64,000 nucleotides of DNA, taken from positions 32,001 through 96,000 of the forward strand of contig CBDAOY010000004.1 in assembly GCA_965198225.1 (NCBI GenBank). The letters are read 5' to 3'. Made by a program: the position numbers and the translations under genes. A model generated the notes under the pieces. The model had not been told where the DNA came from, searched no databases, and was given only the letters and a program-made list of their open reading frames with translations. This DNA comes from Terriglobia bacterium. Its GTDB lineage: Bacteria > Acidobacteriota > Terriglobia > 20CM-2-55-15. Shown in pieces: positions 1 to 8,434 of this stretch; the first letter of the stretch is position 1, and each line of letters starts with the position of its first letter.

Positions 1-96
1 AATAAGCAGGTCTGACGACTATGGCAGGGCTGAATTGTCGTCGTATGGGTGTTATGTACACCCGCGCGCGGCCGCAGGCCGTCGCGCGGATTCAGG
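1..96. repeat. Copy 1 of ~70-bp oriIS-like/dif-like repeat (cut by window edge) plus GC hairpin extension
   Basis: AATAAGCAGG-TCTGACGACTATGGCAGGGCTGAATTGTCGTCGTATGGGTGTTATGT matches 1447-1504 and 2585-2642; extension ACACCCGCGCGCGGCCGCAGGCCGTCGCGCGG shared with copy 3 only. Confidence 0.95.
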
Positions 97-257
97 AGCC
101 GGGCCTTGTTCGGACTGCGTTCGATCCCCAATGGATCGGCTACACCTCGGCTCTCGCGGCGCTACCTCGGTGAGCCGGCTCGCCGTCACGTCGTCGTTTG
201 AACCGGCCCGCTCCCGCCTTGTTGCGAACCGAGCACTCGAAGGTGCACAATGCTGGC

Positions 258-1223
258 ATGGAGTCTGTGTTGCGCGAAGTGCTGCGGGATTCGAGAGCGC
301 CCAGGCGTCTACCATTGCTCTTGCTTCCAGTGGTCTTGTTTTACGGCGTTCCGCTAATCCCCTACCCCTACGGGAACGCCATGCTGACGTCCCTGGGCGT
401 GCGGCTCGCTTACCTCATCTTCGTCGCGCTCGTAGCCAGCCTTACCGGGTCCGTTTTGGGTTCGGTGCGGCGGGTGTACACGCGAAGGTTTGGAAACCAG
501 GGGCGAGCGGGGATCCAATGGGGCATGCCGGCCGCGCAGATGGGGACGTTCGCCTTCGCGGCCTTGCTGATCGTCTCTGGTCTCCTCGATCGCAATCCCT
601 ATTTACTCCTCATGCCGGGCCTTACCATCGTTGGCATCCTAGCCGTAGTGGCCGTATTCCTGTTCCGCGAAGAGGTCCGCTCCCTGTTCATCGGCGAAGA
701 GAGCCAGGGTGCAGTGCCATCGGGCGACGGGCGGCTCAGAGAGACTCCCGGCGGCCCGCAGCAGCCGCGCATCGTGGTGAGCTACCGCAGGGAAGACACA
801 GGGCACGTCGCCGGGAGGCTCCACGACCGACTCTCGAGCGAGTTCGGCTCCGAATTCGTATTCATGGACATCGACAACATCGAGCCCGGATCGGATTTCA
901 AGGAGGCGATCGAGTCCGCGGTCGAGGCTGCCGACGTGCTGGTTGCCGTGATCGGCACTCGGTGGCTCAGCCTCACCGATCGAGAAGGGATGCGGCGGCT
1001 CGACGATCCGTCGGACTACGTGCGACTGGAGATCGGCACGGCCTTCGGCCGTGACATCCGGGTCATCCCCGTGCTCACCAATGACGCGGAGATGCCTGCC
1101 GAATCCGAGCTGCCCGACGACCTCCGACCCCTTTCTCGTCGACAAGCCATCGAGGTCGGGCACAAGAGCTTCCATTCCAACGTCGATGACCTGGTGCGTT
1201 CGGTCAGGAACGTCCGCTCCTGA
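258..1223 (+). CDS. Membrane protein (~4 TM) with C-terminal TIR (TIR_2-type) domain
   Basis: Hydrophobic N-half; IVVSYRREDT..AGRLHDRL..VFMDIDNIEPG..DYVRLEI TIR motifs with putative catalytic Glu; ATG258 lies 6 nt after CACAAT (ORF track starts at 198). Confidence 0.85.
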   Translation: MESVLREVLRDSRAPRRLPLLLLPVVLFYGVPLIPYPYGNAMLTSLGVRLAYLIFVALVASLTGSVLGSVRRVYTRRFGNQGRAGIQWGMPAAQMGTFAFAALLIVSGLLDRNPYLLLMPGLTIVGILAVVAVFLFREEVRSLFIGEESQGAVPSGDGRLRETPGGPQQPRIVVSYRREDTGHVAGRLHDRLSSEFGSEFVFMDIDNIEPGSDFKEAIESAVEAADVLVAVIGTRWLSLTDREGMRRLDDPSDYVRLEIGTAFGRDIRVIPVLTNDAEMPAESELPDDLRPLSRRQAIEVGHKSFHSNVDDLVRSVRNVRS

Positions 1224-1434
1224 GACGTTGCGGGTCGCGGGGCGGGCCGCGGCTCCGGCGCGAGCAGAACGGATCGACTGCCACACGATTGGCGACTCGA
1301 CCCCCGTCATCCTCGACGCGATACTCCGTCGAGAGACCCCTGTCCGAGTTTTCCTATCGACTCTTGCGCGCCGACGAGGCGGAAGACCCGGTAGAGTTCA
1401 TCCACTCGATCTACGGGTCCGACTATCCCTCCGA

Positions 1435-1511
1435 GCGGATAAGCGGAATAAGCAGGGTCTGACGACTATGGCAGGGCTGAATTGTCGTCGTATGGGTGTT
1501 ATGTCAACCCG
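1435..1511. repeat. Copy 2 of oriIS-like/dif-like repeat
   Basis: GCGGATAAGCGGAATAAGCAGGGTCTGACGACTATGG...GGGTGTTATGT (1435-1504) has one mismatch to 2573-2642, then diverges after TTATGT. Confidence 0.95.
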
Positions 1512-1618
1512 GCGATCTGGAGTAACCGCAATCCTGCGTGGCTCGGCGCGCGCACCTCGCGCCGTGGTTCCAGACGAAGAAAGCCTCGTGATGGTTCGAG
1601 GTTACTATTGTGGCCGCG

Positions 1619-2530
1619 TCAGGGGTTTGTTGTTGCCGGCGGAGACGGCTGACTGCTACTGGTGTTCATCACGAACCCGGTGGCATTGGCGAGTTGTTCG
1701 AGGGTGAGCACATCGGTGATCCACTGGCCGTCAATGATCCACGTCGGGTAGGTTCTTATGCCAACCGCTGTACATGCGGCAGCCGCGCGAGCGTTTCGGC
1801 CATTGGGACTGCATTCGATGTATGGAAGCCGGCTCGCTGAAGGTCCGAAAAACCTCTTCTGATCCTGGCAGTGTGGGCACCACGACGCTCCATAGAACTT
1901 TACGCCCTTCTCAGTGAGGTGTTCCGCGAGGGCCCGGGCCATCGGGTCCTCCGGTCCGAGAGGCTCCGGCAATGGGGCAGTGTAGTTGAGATGAAGCGCC
2001 ACGATGAAAAGAGCCGCGAGCACCCCCCGGCCACGAACGAGACGCCCCCATGGGCGGTTCACCACCTCCGTCGGCCGCTGGTAAATGACCAGGGCCAGCG
2101 TGGCCGCCATCAGCGTGAGCGACGTCAGGCAATACGGACAGGTCGCCTTGAGGATAAGTAGGGAAACGGCGGTCAAATAAACGCTGTAGCAGAAACCGAA
2201 GAATGCCGCTGAAAACGCGTAGGACCAGTGCTGGTCGACCCGGCGGACAAAGGCGATTCCTCCGATTCCGGTGTATGCCAGCAATCCCCAGAACGCTGTC
2301 GGCAGGCCGAACAGGATTGCCCACCGACTTGTCAATACGACGTCGCATCCGCCGCCTGCGGCACATCCTCTAACCGCCGCACCCGTGAACGAGGTCCATG
2401 CCAGGTAGCTGGTCAATACCATCCCAATTCCGCTCAGCACCAGCAATGGCCAGTTGGGCGTCGTACGCAAGGCAGGCCCGGTCACTGGGCGCGCGTTTGC
2501 CTGCCGCCATCTTTTCGATTTTTTCCCCAT
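1619..2530 (-). CDS. Vitamin K epoxide reductase (VKOR) family protein fused to thioredoxin-like domain
   Basis: C..GGGCDVVLTSRWA, CPYC, then YGASWCPHC and YIEC..C..YPTW; start MGKKSKR at 2530 lies 7 nt after TATCAT. Confidence 0.9.
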   Translation of the reverse strand: MGKKSKRWRQANARPVTGPALRTTPNWPLLVLSGIGMVLTSYLAWTSFTGAAVRGCAAGGGCDVVLTSRWAILFGLPTAFWGLLAYTGIGGIAFVRRVDQHWSYAFSAAFFGFCYSVYLTAVSLLILKATCPYCLTSLTLMAATLALVIYQRPTEVVNRPWGRLVRGRGVLAALFIVALHLNYTAPLPEPLGPEDPMARALAEHLTEKGVKFYGASWCPHCQDQKRFFGPSASRLPYIECSPNGRNARAAAACTAVGIRTYPTWIIDGQWITDVLTLEQLANATGFVMNTSSSQPSPPATTNP

Positions 2531-2572
2531 AAACGGAATGATAACTGAAAAAGCAGTTTCAGTGACGTTGAT

Positions 2573-2684
2573 GCGGATAAGCGGAATAAGCAGGGTCTGA
2601 CGCCTATGGCAGGGCTGAATTGTCGTCGTATGGGTGTTATGTACACCCGCGCGCGGCCGCAGGCCGTCGCGCGGGGGATTCAAG
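2573..2684. repeat. Copy 3 of repeat; probable oriIS end of the adjacent ISCR/IS91-type element
   Basis: Lies ~90-200 bp downstream of the transposase stop (2772, minus strand); minus strand ends ...GCTTATTCCGCTTATCCGC. Confidence 0.85.
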
Positions 2685-2771
2685 GCAGGATGTTCCGGGC
2701 AGGCGGCTGATTCAGGGCAGTTTTTCGTCTTGCGGAGACACACCCATCCCGCGGCGTCGTGACGTCGACGT

Positions 2772-3277
2772 TCAGAAGTCGTCCATCTGGCAGTTGTAGT
2801 CGGAAGAGGCCGGCGCCACAGGCGGGGCGCGGGAAGGCAGGCCCAGGCACTCCAGGATTCTTACTGTGATCGTGGGCGGACGAATTGCTGCAAGGATTTT
2901 CATCCTTCCGCCGCAATGTTCACACTGAAGAACGTCCACCAGGAAGGCACGTTTCATCAACTCCGCCCAGGTGTAAGATTGCGCGCAGATGATTCCGTGC
3001 AGGGCTCAGCCGCAACAGTCAGCTCGGCTGATTGTTGGGCATTAGGCTGCGGTTTCACCTCGGTCTCCCTGCGATTGTCATGGCTGGCTGGAACGATCAG
3101 GGACCTCCACGCCGCAGCAGGGCCAGGTACTCCGTGATACCTCGTCAGGTGAGCGCGCGGCGCCGGGACCAGGGCCGCCAGTTTCGCGATGAAGTCCTGG
3201 CGCTCGAAAACCACAGCGGTGGTTCCGTCACGCCATGGACGTTTCAAACGGTAGTGGAGCCGGCGGGCGACCGGACG
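2772..3277 (-). pseudogene. 3' remnant of IS91-family (ISCR-like, Y2 HUH) transposase, frameshifted
   Basis: YRLKRPWRDGTT..AKLAALVPAPRAHLTRYHGV and WAELMKRAFLVDVLQCEHCGGRMKILAAI..ILECLGLPSRAPP; frameshift near 2975; 5' part missing. Confidence 0.85.
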
Positions 3278-3335
3278 GTCGCGCTCCTGTTGTCTGGCGA
3301 AAAAGTGGTCCTCAGGGTTTGACGGAGGCGGATCG

Positions 3336-4130
3336 CTACGGTTCGCAGGTCGGGGCGAGGGATTCCATCAACGTCAGGCTGATGCGATCCTGATCGGAGT
3401 CGCGCAGCAGCACTCCCTTCGCCATCATCTTGTGACCCCTGTACTCGGAGGGCTCGAAGGCGCCGAGCATCAGGAGGTTCCGCAGCTGGAACGCGCGCGT
3501 TCCCAGCGGCTTCTTCGCGGCGGCCTGCAGTTCTTCGGGAATCGTTGTGTCCAGTGTGCGGGTCCTGGCAGCCTCGGGAGCCATCGTCAGCATCCAGTCG
3601 TCTTCGGACTCCTCGGTCAGGCAACCGATCACCTGCACTGTTGCGCGGTGCGGCAGAGGTTTGGGCCCGTCCTCCCCTTCGATCCGGATGCTTCCAAGAC
3701 TGCCGGCGCCCAATTCGGTTGAGGCGGTCGGGAACCCGTTCGACTGTAACAGGTAGGCAAGTATGTCGACGTACTGTTCGTCGGTGAGAATTCCGGGGTC
3801 GTTTCTCGGCATCAACGTACTCATCAGGGTATAGAGGCTCTGGAGACTGTCCTCCCGCCAGCGTTCCATGAACTGCTCGCCCCGAAGCGGTGGATCAGGC
3901 CGCCCCGCCCGGCCGCCCTCCAGAGAGACCCCGTGGCAGCCTGCGCACCGCGCTCCTTCGTAGAAGGCGCGGCCCCTTGCGGCCTGGCCATCCGTGTACA
4001 CTCCGTTCCAGACGGTCACCTGTTCCGTACCGGGGGGTGTGGTCGCTTGAGCCCCGGCTTTCTCGGTGAGGAGCCCGAGGCCTCCGAGGACGAGGACAGG
4101 AATCAAGCAGGTCGGCAGTCTCTGAAACAT
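3336..4130 (-). CDS. Exported monoheme cytochrome c with C-terminal accessory domain
   Basis: Signal peptide; TVWNGVYTDGQAARG..CAGCHG..MP motif. Confidence 0.85.
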   Translation of the reverse strand: MFQRLPTCLIPVLVLGGLGLLTEKAGAQATTPPGTEQVTVWNGVYTDGQAARGRAFYEGARCAGCHGVSLEGGRAGRPDPPLRGEQFMERWREDSLQSLYTLMSTLMPRNDPGILTDEQYVDILAYLLQSNGFPTASTELGAGSLGSIRIEGEDGPKPLPHRATVQVIGCLTEESEDDWMLTMAPEAARTRTLDTTIPEELQAAAKKPLGTRAFQLRNLLMLGAFEPSEYRGHKMMAKGVLLRDSDQDRISLTLMESLAPTCEP

Positions 4131-4513
4131 GGTGTCCCCCATCGGCTACGCACCGGCGCAGGATCTCGGCGACGTACCGGCCCGTTGAATATGACCGAAA
4201 TCCAGTGCTGGCGCGGCAATGACTGAAGAGAGATTAGGATGTCCCGACCCCCGTTGGCAAGCTCTGAAGAGGTTGGCCGAAACCACCTCACGACGGCCTC
4301 CGTCACGGAGCGGCCGCTGGTCCGAACCCGTTGTCGGGGACTCTGGCGTCACTGGGGGTGGCGAAAACAATTGACGCCCGGCCAACAGGCTTTTAATCTC
4401 GGCTAAGCAACTCGGCTAAACAATCTGAAACCAAAGGATCAGATGCAGACTTCCCCGTTTGCGTTAAAGCCAGCCCGGATGGCCATGTGTCGGTCAGATC
4501 AAAGGAGACCCGG

Positions 4514-6928
4514 ATGAAAGTGATCCTGCCGGTGATCGGTGGCTTGATGGGGCTGTCGGCGATGGTCCTGGGCCAGACCGGCCCGATGTCCGCCGAATCG
4601 CAGCGCGCACTCGTGGACCAGTACTGCGCCCACTGCCACAACGATCTGGAGCAATCGGGCGGGTTTTCCTGGACGGCAGTCGACCTGAACCACGTCGAGT
4701 TGAGCGCGGAACAGATGGAAAAGGTCATCCGCAAGGTGCGATCCGGCATGATGCCCCCGGCTGGCGCGGCTCGCCCGGGCGCGGACACCCTGAAGGCGTT
4801 CGCCTCGGCTCTGGAGGAGCGCCTCGACCAGGCTGACGCCGCGGAGCCTTATTTCGACAAGCCGGAATTACATCGGGTCAACCGGACGGAGTACCGCAAT
4901 GCGGTCCGCGATCTACTTGGTGTCGACGTGGATGTTTCCGCGCTTCTACCGCCCGATCCCAGGAGCGCCGGCTTCGACAACATGTCGGACGCACTGACGA
5001 TCACTCCGGCGCTCATGGACGGTTACCTGAACGCCGCCCACAAGATCAGCCGCCTGGCGGTTGGCGACCCGGCGATGTCGCCCTTCGTCGTGTACTACAA
5101 CGTCCCACGCGTCGTGAACCAGATGCGCCACGTCGAAGGGGCGCCCTTTGGAACGCGCGGCGGCATTTCGGTTATCCACAATTTCCCGGCAGACGGCCGG
5201 TACAAATTCACGGTGGAACCTCATTTCAACTACGGCGATCGCACTCGCGGCCTCTTCGGCACTTCGCTTCCGGAGAGGATCAGGGAGCAGCAGATGGAGA
5301 TCTCCGTGGACGGCGAGAGGGTCGCGATATTCGGGGTTGACGAGGACCTGTACGAGGGGCAAGACCCGTCATCGGGTTCTTATGGCAATGTGATCACGGA
5401 TCCGATCGAGGTCAAAGCAGGTCAGCGGAGAGTCTCTGCCGCGTTCATCTCCACTTATGACGGACCGGAGCAGGACCTCTACCGGCTTGCCGAGCAGACA
5501 CTGGCAGATCCCCTCGCGGGCGACAAGCCGGGAATGACCTTCCTGCCTCACCTGCAGACTTTCGCCGTCGCGGGTCCGTTCGATCCAACCGGGGTGTCGG
5601 AGATGGACAGCCGAAACAGGCTCTTCATCTGCCGGCCCGCGAATCCCGACGAGGAGGAAGCCTGCGCCACGGAGATCGTTTCGAGGCTGGCGAGACTGGC
5701 GTTCCGCCGACCCGTGAATGCGGAGGACCTCGAGTGGGCGATGACTTACTACCAGCGGGGGCGGGACTCCGGGGATTTCGACGCCGGGATCCTGACCGCG
5801 CTCCAGGCCATCATGTCGAACCCGGAGTTCGTGTTCCGCTTCGAGAGCGTTCCGACCGGCGCCCGCCCGGATGAGCCCTACCGGATCAGCGACCTGGAGC
5901 TGGCGGCGCGCATGTCGTTCTTCCTCTGGAGCAGCGGCCCAGACGACGAGTTGATCGAGGTTGCGAGCCAGGGGAAGCTCAAGGATCCGGCGGTGCTGGA
6001 ACAGCAGGTCAGGCGGATGCTGGCCGATCCTCGTTCGGAAACGCTCGCGACGAACTTCGCCGCGCAGTGGCTGGGTCTGGGAAACCTGAACGACTTTATT
6101 CCCGAGCCCAAACTGTTCCGCGATTTCACCCGCAACCTGGCGCACTCGATGCGTCGCGAAGTCGAGCTGCTGTTCCAGAGCATCTTAAGGGAAGACCGAA
6201 ACGTCATCGACCTTCTCACCGCGGACTACACGTTTGTCGATGAGATCCTCGCCCGGCACTACGGAATCCCGCGCGTGCTGGGCAGCCGCTTCCAGCGTGT
6301 GGCGCTGACGGACCCTGCAAGGTATGGCCTGCTGGGTAAGGCCGGTATCCTCACGATGACGTCACTGGCGAACAGAACATCTCCCGTCGCCCGCGGCAAG
6401 TACGTCCTGGAGGTTCTTATCGGCTCACCGCCGCCGCCGCCGCTCCCTGCTGTTCCTCCCCTGAAGGAAGCCGCGATCAACGAGAAGGTCCTATCGGTGC
6501 GCGAGCGTATGGAGCAGCACAGAGACAATCCCGCATGCCGTGCCTGTCACCAGATCATGGACCCCATTGGTCTGGCGCTCGAGAATTTTAATGCCGTCGG
6601 GCTGTGGCGCACGAGGGACTTCGGCGCCGAAATCGATCCGTCCGGTACGATGTACGACGGCGCGAAGCTCGACGGTCCCATCAGCGTGCGGCAGGCGGTC
6701 CTCGGCCGATCCGAGGCCTTCATCGGAAACTTCACGGAGAAGCTGCTGGCGTATGGTGTGGGCCGCGTGCTGGACTACCGCGATATGCCCGTGGTGCGAT
6801 CGGTCGTGCGGGAAGCATCGGAGAACAACGATCGATTCTCCTCGTTCGTTCTGGCTATCGTCGGGAGCCGGGCTTTCCAGATGAACAAGACGCCGGAGGG
6901 CACGGATGTGGCTGCCGGCAGGCGGTAA
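4514..6928 (+). CDS. DUF1592/DUF1588 (PSD1-5, PSCyt) diheme cytochrome c-like protein, copy 1
   Basis: CAHCH and CRACH; HRVNRTEYRN, ELAARMSFFLWSS, RTSPVARG; RBS AAGGAG before ATG4514. Confidence 0.88.
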   Translation: MKVILPVIGGLMGLSAMVLGQTGPMSAESQRALVDQYCAHCHNDLEQSGGFSWTAVDLNHVELSAEQMEKVIRKVRSGMMPPAGAARPGADTLKAFASALEERLDQADAAEPYFDKPELHRVNRTEYRNAVRDLLGVDVDVSALLPPDPRSAGFDNMSDALTITPALMDGYLNAAHKISRLAVGDPAMSPFVVYYNVPRVVNQMRHVEGAPFGTRGGISVIHNFPADGRYKFTVEPHFNYGDRTRGLFGTSLPERIREQQMEISVDGERVAIFGVDEDLYEGQDPSSGSYGNVITDPIEVKAGQRRVSAAFISTYDGPEQDLYRLAEQTLADPLAGDKPGMTFLPHLQTFAVAGPFDPTGVSEMDSRNRLFICRPANPDEEEACATEIVSRLARLAFRRPVNAEDLEWAMTYYQRGRDSGDFDAGILTALQAIMSNPEFVFRFESVPTGARPDEPYRISDLELAARMSFFLWSSGPDDELIEVASQGKLKDPAVLEQQVRRMLADPRSETLATNFAAQWLGLGNLNDFIPEPKLFRDFTRNLAHSMRREVELLFQSILREDRNVIDLLTADYTFVDEILARHYGIPRVLGSRFQRVALTDPARYGLLGKAGILTMTSLANRTSPVARGKYVLEVLIGSPPPPPLPAVPPLKEAAINEKVLSVRERMEQHRDNPACRACHQIMDPIGLALENFNAVGLWRTRDFGAEIDPSGTMYDGAKLDGPISVRQAVLGRSEAFIGNFTEKLLAYGVGRVLDYRDMPVVRSVVREASENNDRFSSFVLAIVGSRAFQMNKTPEGTDVAAGRR

Positions 6929-7002
6929 ACGAGTTCTCAAACGGGCTATCAGGGGCGAGTGATTTCGATCCAGCGTTCCCATCATTTCAGGAGGCAATAG
7001 CG

Positions 7003-8373
7003 ATGTTCCTCACGAAAAAGCATATTTCACGGCGCACGGTTCTGCGTGGCATGGGTGCCGCGGTGTCGCTGCCGTTTCTGGAGTCCATGGTTCCGGCGCA
7101 GACACCCCTCCGCAAGACCGCGGCCGCGCCACGAAGCCGCCTGGCCTGCCTGGAAATGGTGCACGGTTCGGCCGGCTCCACCCCTCACGGAACAGACGCC
7201 AACCTCTGGATGCCGGCCGAGGTGGGTCCCGATTTCACATTCTCGCCGATCCTGAAACCGGTGGAGCGGTTTCGGGACTACATCACGGTCGTCACGATGT
7301 GCGACAGCGAACCGGCGGAAGCCAGCACGCCTGAAGAGGTGGGTGCGGACCATTTTCGGTCCAGTGCCGTGTTCCTGACGGCCGCCAAGCCGAAGCGGAC
7401 CGAAGGGTCTGACGTCTATTGCGGTACGTCGATCGACCAGCTCTATGCACAGAGGTTCGGCCAGGACACGCCGCTGCCGTCGACTCAGCTTGGCATCGAG
7501 AACCTGGATGCGTCGGGAACGTGCGCTTTCCGCTACAGTTGCGTCTATTCGGACACGATCGTCTGGTCGTCGCCCTCGACGCCGGTCCCGATGGTGATCG
7601 AGCCGCGCATGGTTTTCGAGCAGCTCTTCGGGCTTGGAGCGAACGAGGCGGAGCGCAAGGCCAACCGGGAGCTTAAAAAGAGCATCCTCGACGGGGTCAC
7701 GCACGTCGTGGCTCGGCTGAAGAAGGATCTGGATGCAGGCGATCGCGGCAGGCTCGACGCGTACTTGGACAACGTTCGCGAGATCGAGCGGCGGATCGAA
7801 GCTATCGAGGCATATAACGCCGGCGGCGGTCGCCGGAAGCTCCCCGAAGCGCCGGTAGGTGTGCCGGACTCCTGGGAAGATCATGTGAAGCTGATGTTCG
7901 ATCTCCAGGTGTTGGCGTTCGCCTCGGAGGTCACACGCGTTTCCGCTTTCAAGATGAGCAAGGACGCGAGCGGCCGTACCTTCCCGGAGAGCGGTAACAC
8001 CATGCCGTTCCACTCGGCGTCCCATCACGCCGAGGCTATACCTGCGATCGAGGCTTTCTCCAAGATCAACCGGTACCACGTGAGCGTGCTGGGGTACTTC
8101 CTGAACAGGTTGAAGAACACGCCCGATGGTGACGGCAATCTTCTGGACCACTCGCTCGTCCTCTATGGCAGCCCGATGGGCAACTCCAACACGCACAACC
8201 ACAAGAGGCAGCCGATGCTGCTGGCGGGCCATGCCGGCGGTCAGGTTAAGGGCAATCTGCATCTTCGCTGCGCGGAGGGAACGCCGGTGGCGAACGTGCT
8301 GCTGACCATGATGCAGAAGCTCGGGGTCGAGATCGAGCAGTTCGGAGACAGCACGGAATCCCTGGCGATCTGA
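7003..8373 (+). CDS. DUF1552 family protein (twin-arginine-like leader), copy 1
   Basis: MFLTKKHISRRTVLRGMGAAVSLPFLESM; H..SHH; DGNLLDHSLVLYGSPMG..H; RBS GGAGG. Confidence 0.88.
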   Translation: MFLTKKHISRRTVLRGMGAAVSLPFLESMVPAQTPLRKTAAAPRSRLACLEMVHGSAGSTPHGTDANLWMPAEVGPDFTFSPILKPVERFRDYITVVTMCDSEPAEASTPEEVGADHFRSSAVFLTAAKPKRTEGSDVYCGTSIDQLYAQRFGQDTPLPSTQLGIENLDASGTCAFRYSCVYSDTIVWSSPSTPVPMVIEPRMVFEQLFGLGANEAERKANRELKKSILDGVTHVVARLKKDLDAGDRGRLDAYLDNVREIERRIEAIEAYNAGGGRRKLPEAPVGVPDSWEDHVKLMFDLQVLAFASEVTRVSAFKMSKDASGRTFPESGNTMPFHSASHHAEAIPAIEAFSKINRYHVSVLGYFLNRLKNTPDGDGNLLDHSLVLYGSPMGNSNTHNHKRQPMLLAGHAGGQVKGNLHLRCAEGTPVANVLLTMMQKLGVEIEQFGDSTESLAI

Positions 8374-8434
8374 CGCCGGGCGGACGCTGTCACTATCTCT
8401 GTTACAGGCTACTAGTTTTGAAGGAGACGGGAAA

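Noticed and set aside
1-2684. Classical integron attC array
   Set aside because: GTTATGT resembles an R' box, but there is no matching RYYYAAC R'' box, no IntI, and the cargo genes are oppositely oriented
1-2684. CRISPR array
   Set aside because: Repeats are ~70 bp separated by >1 kb of coding DNA; no cas genes
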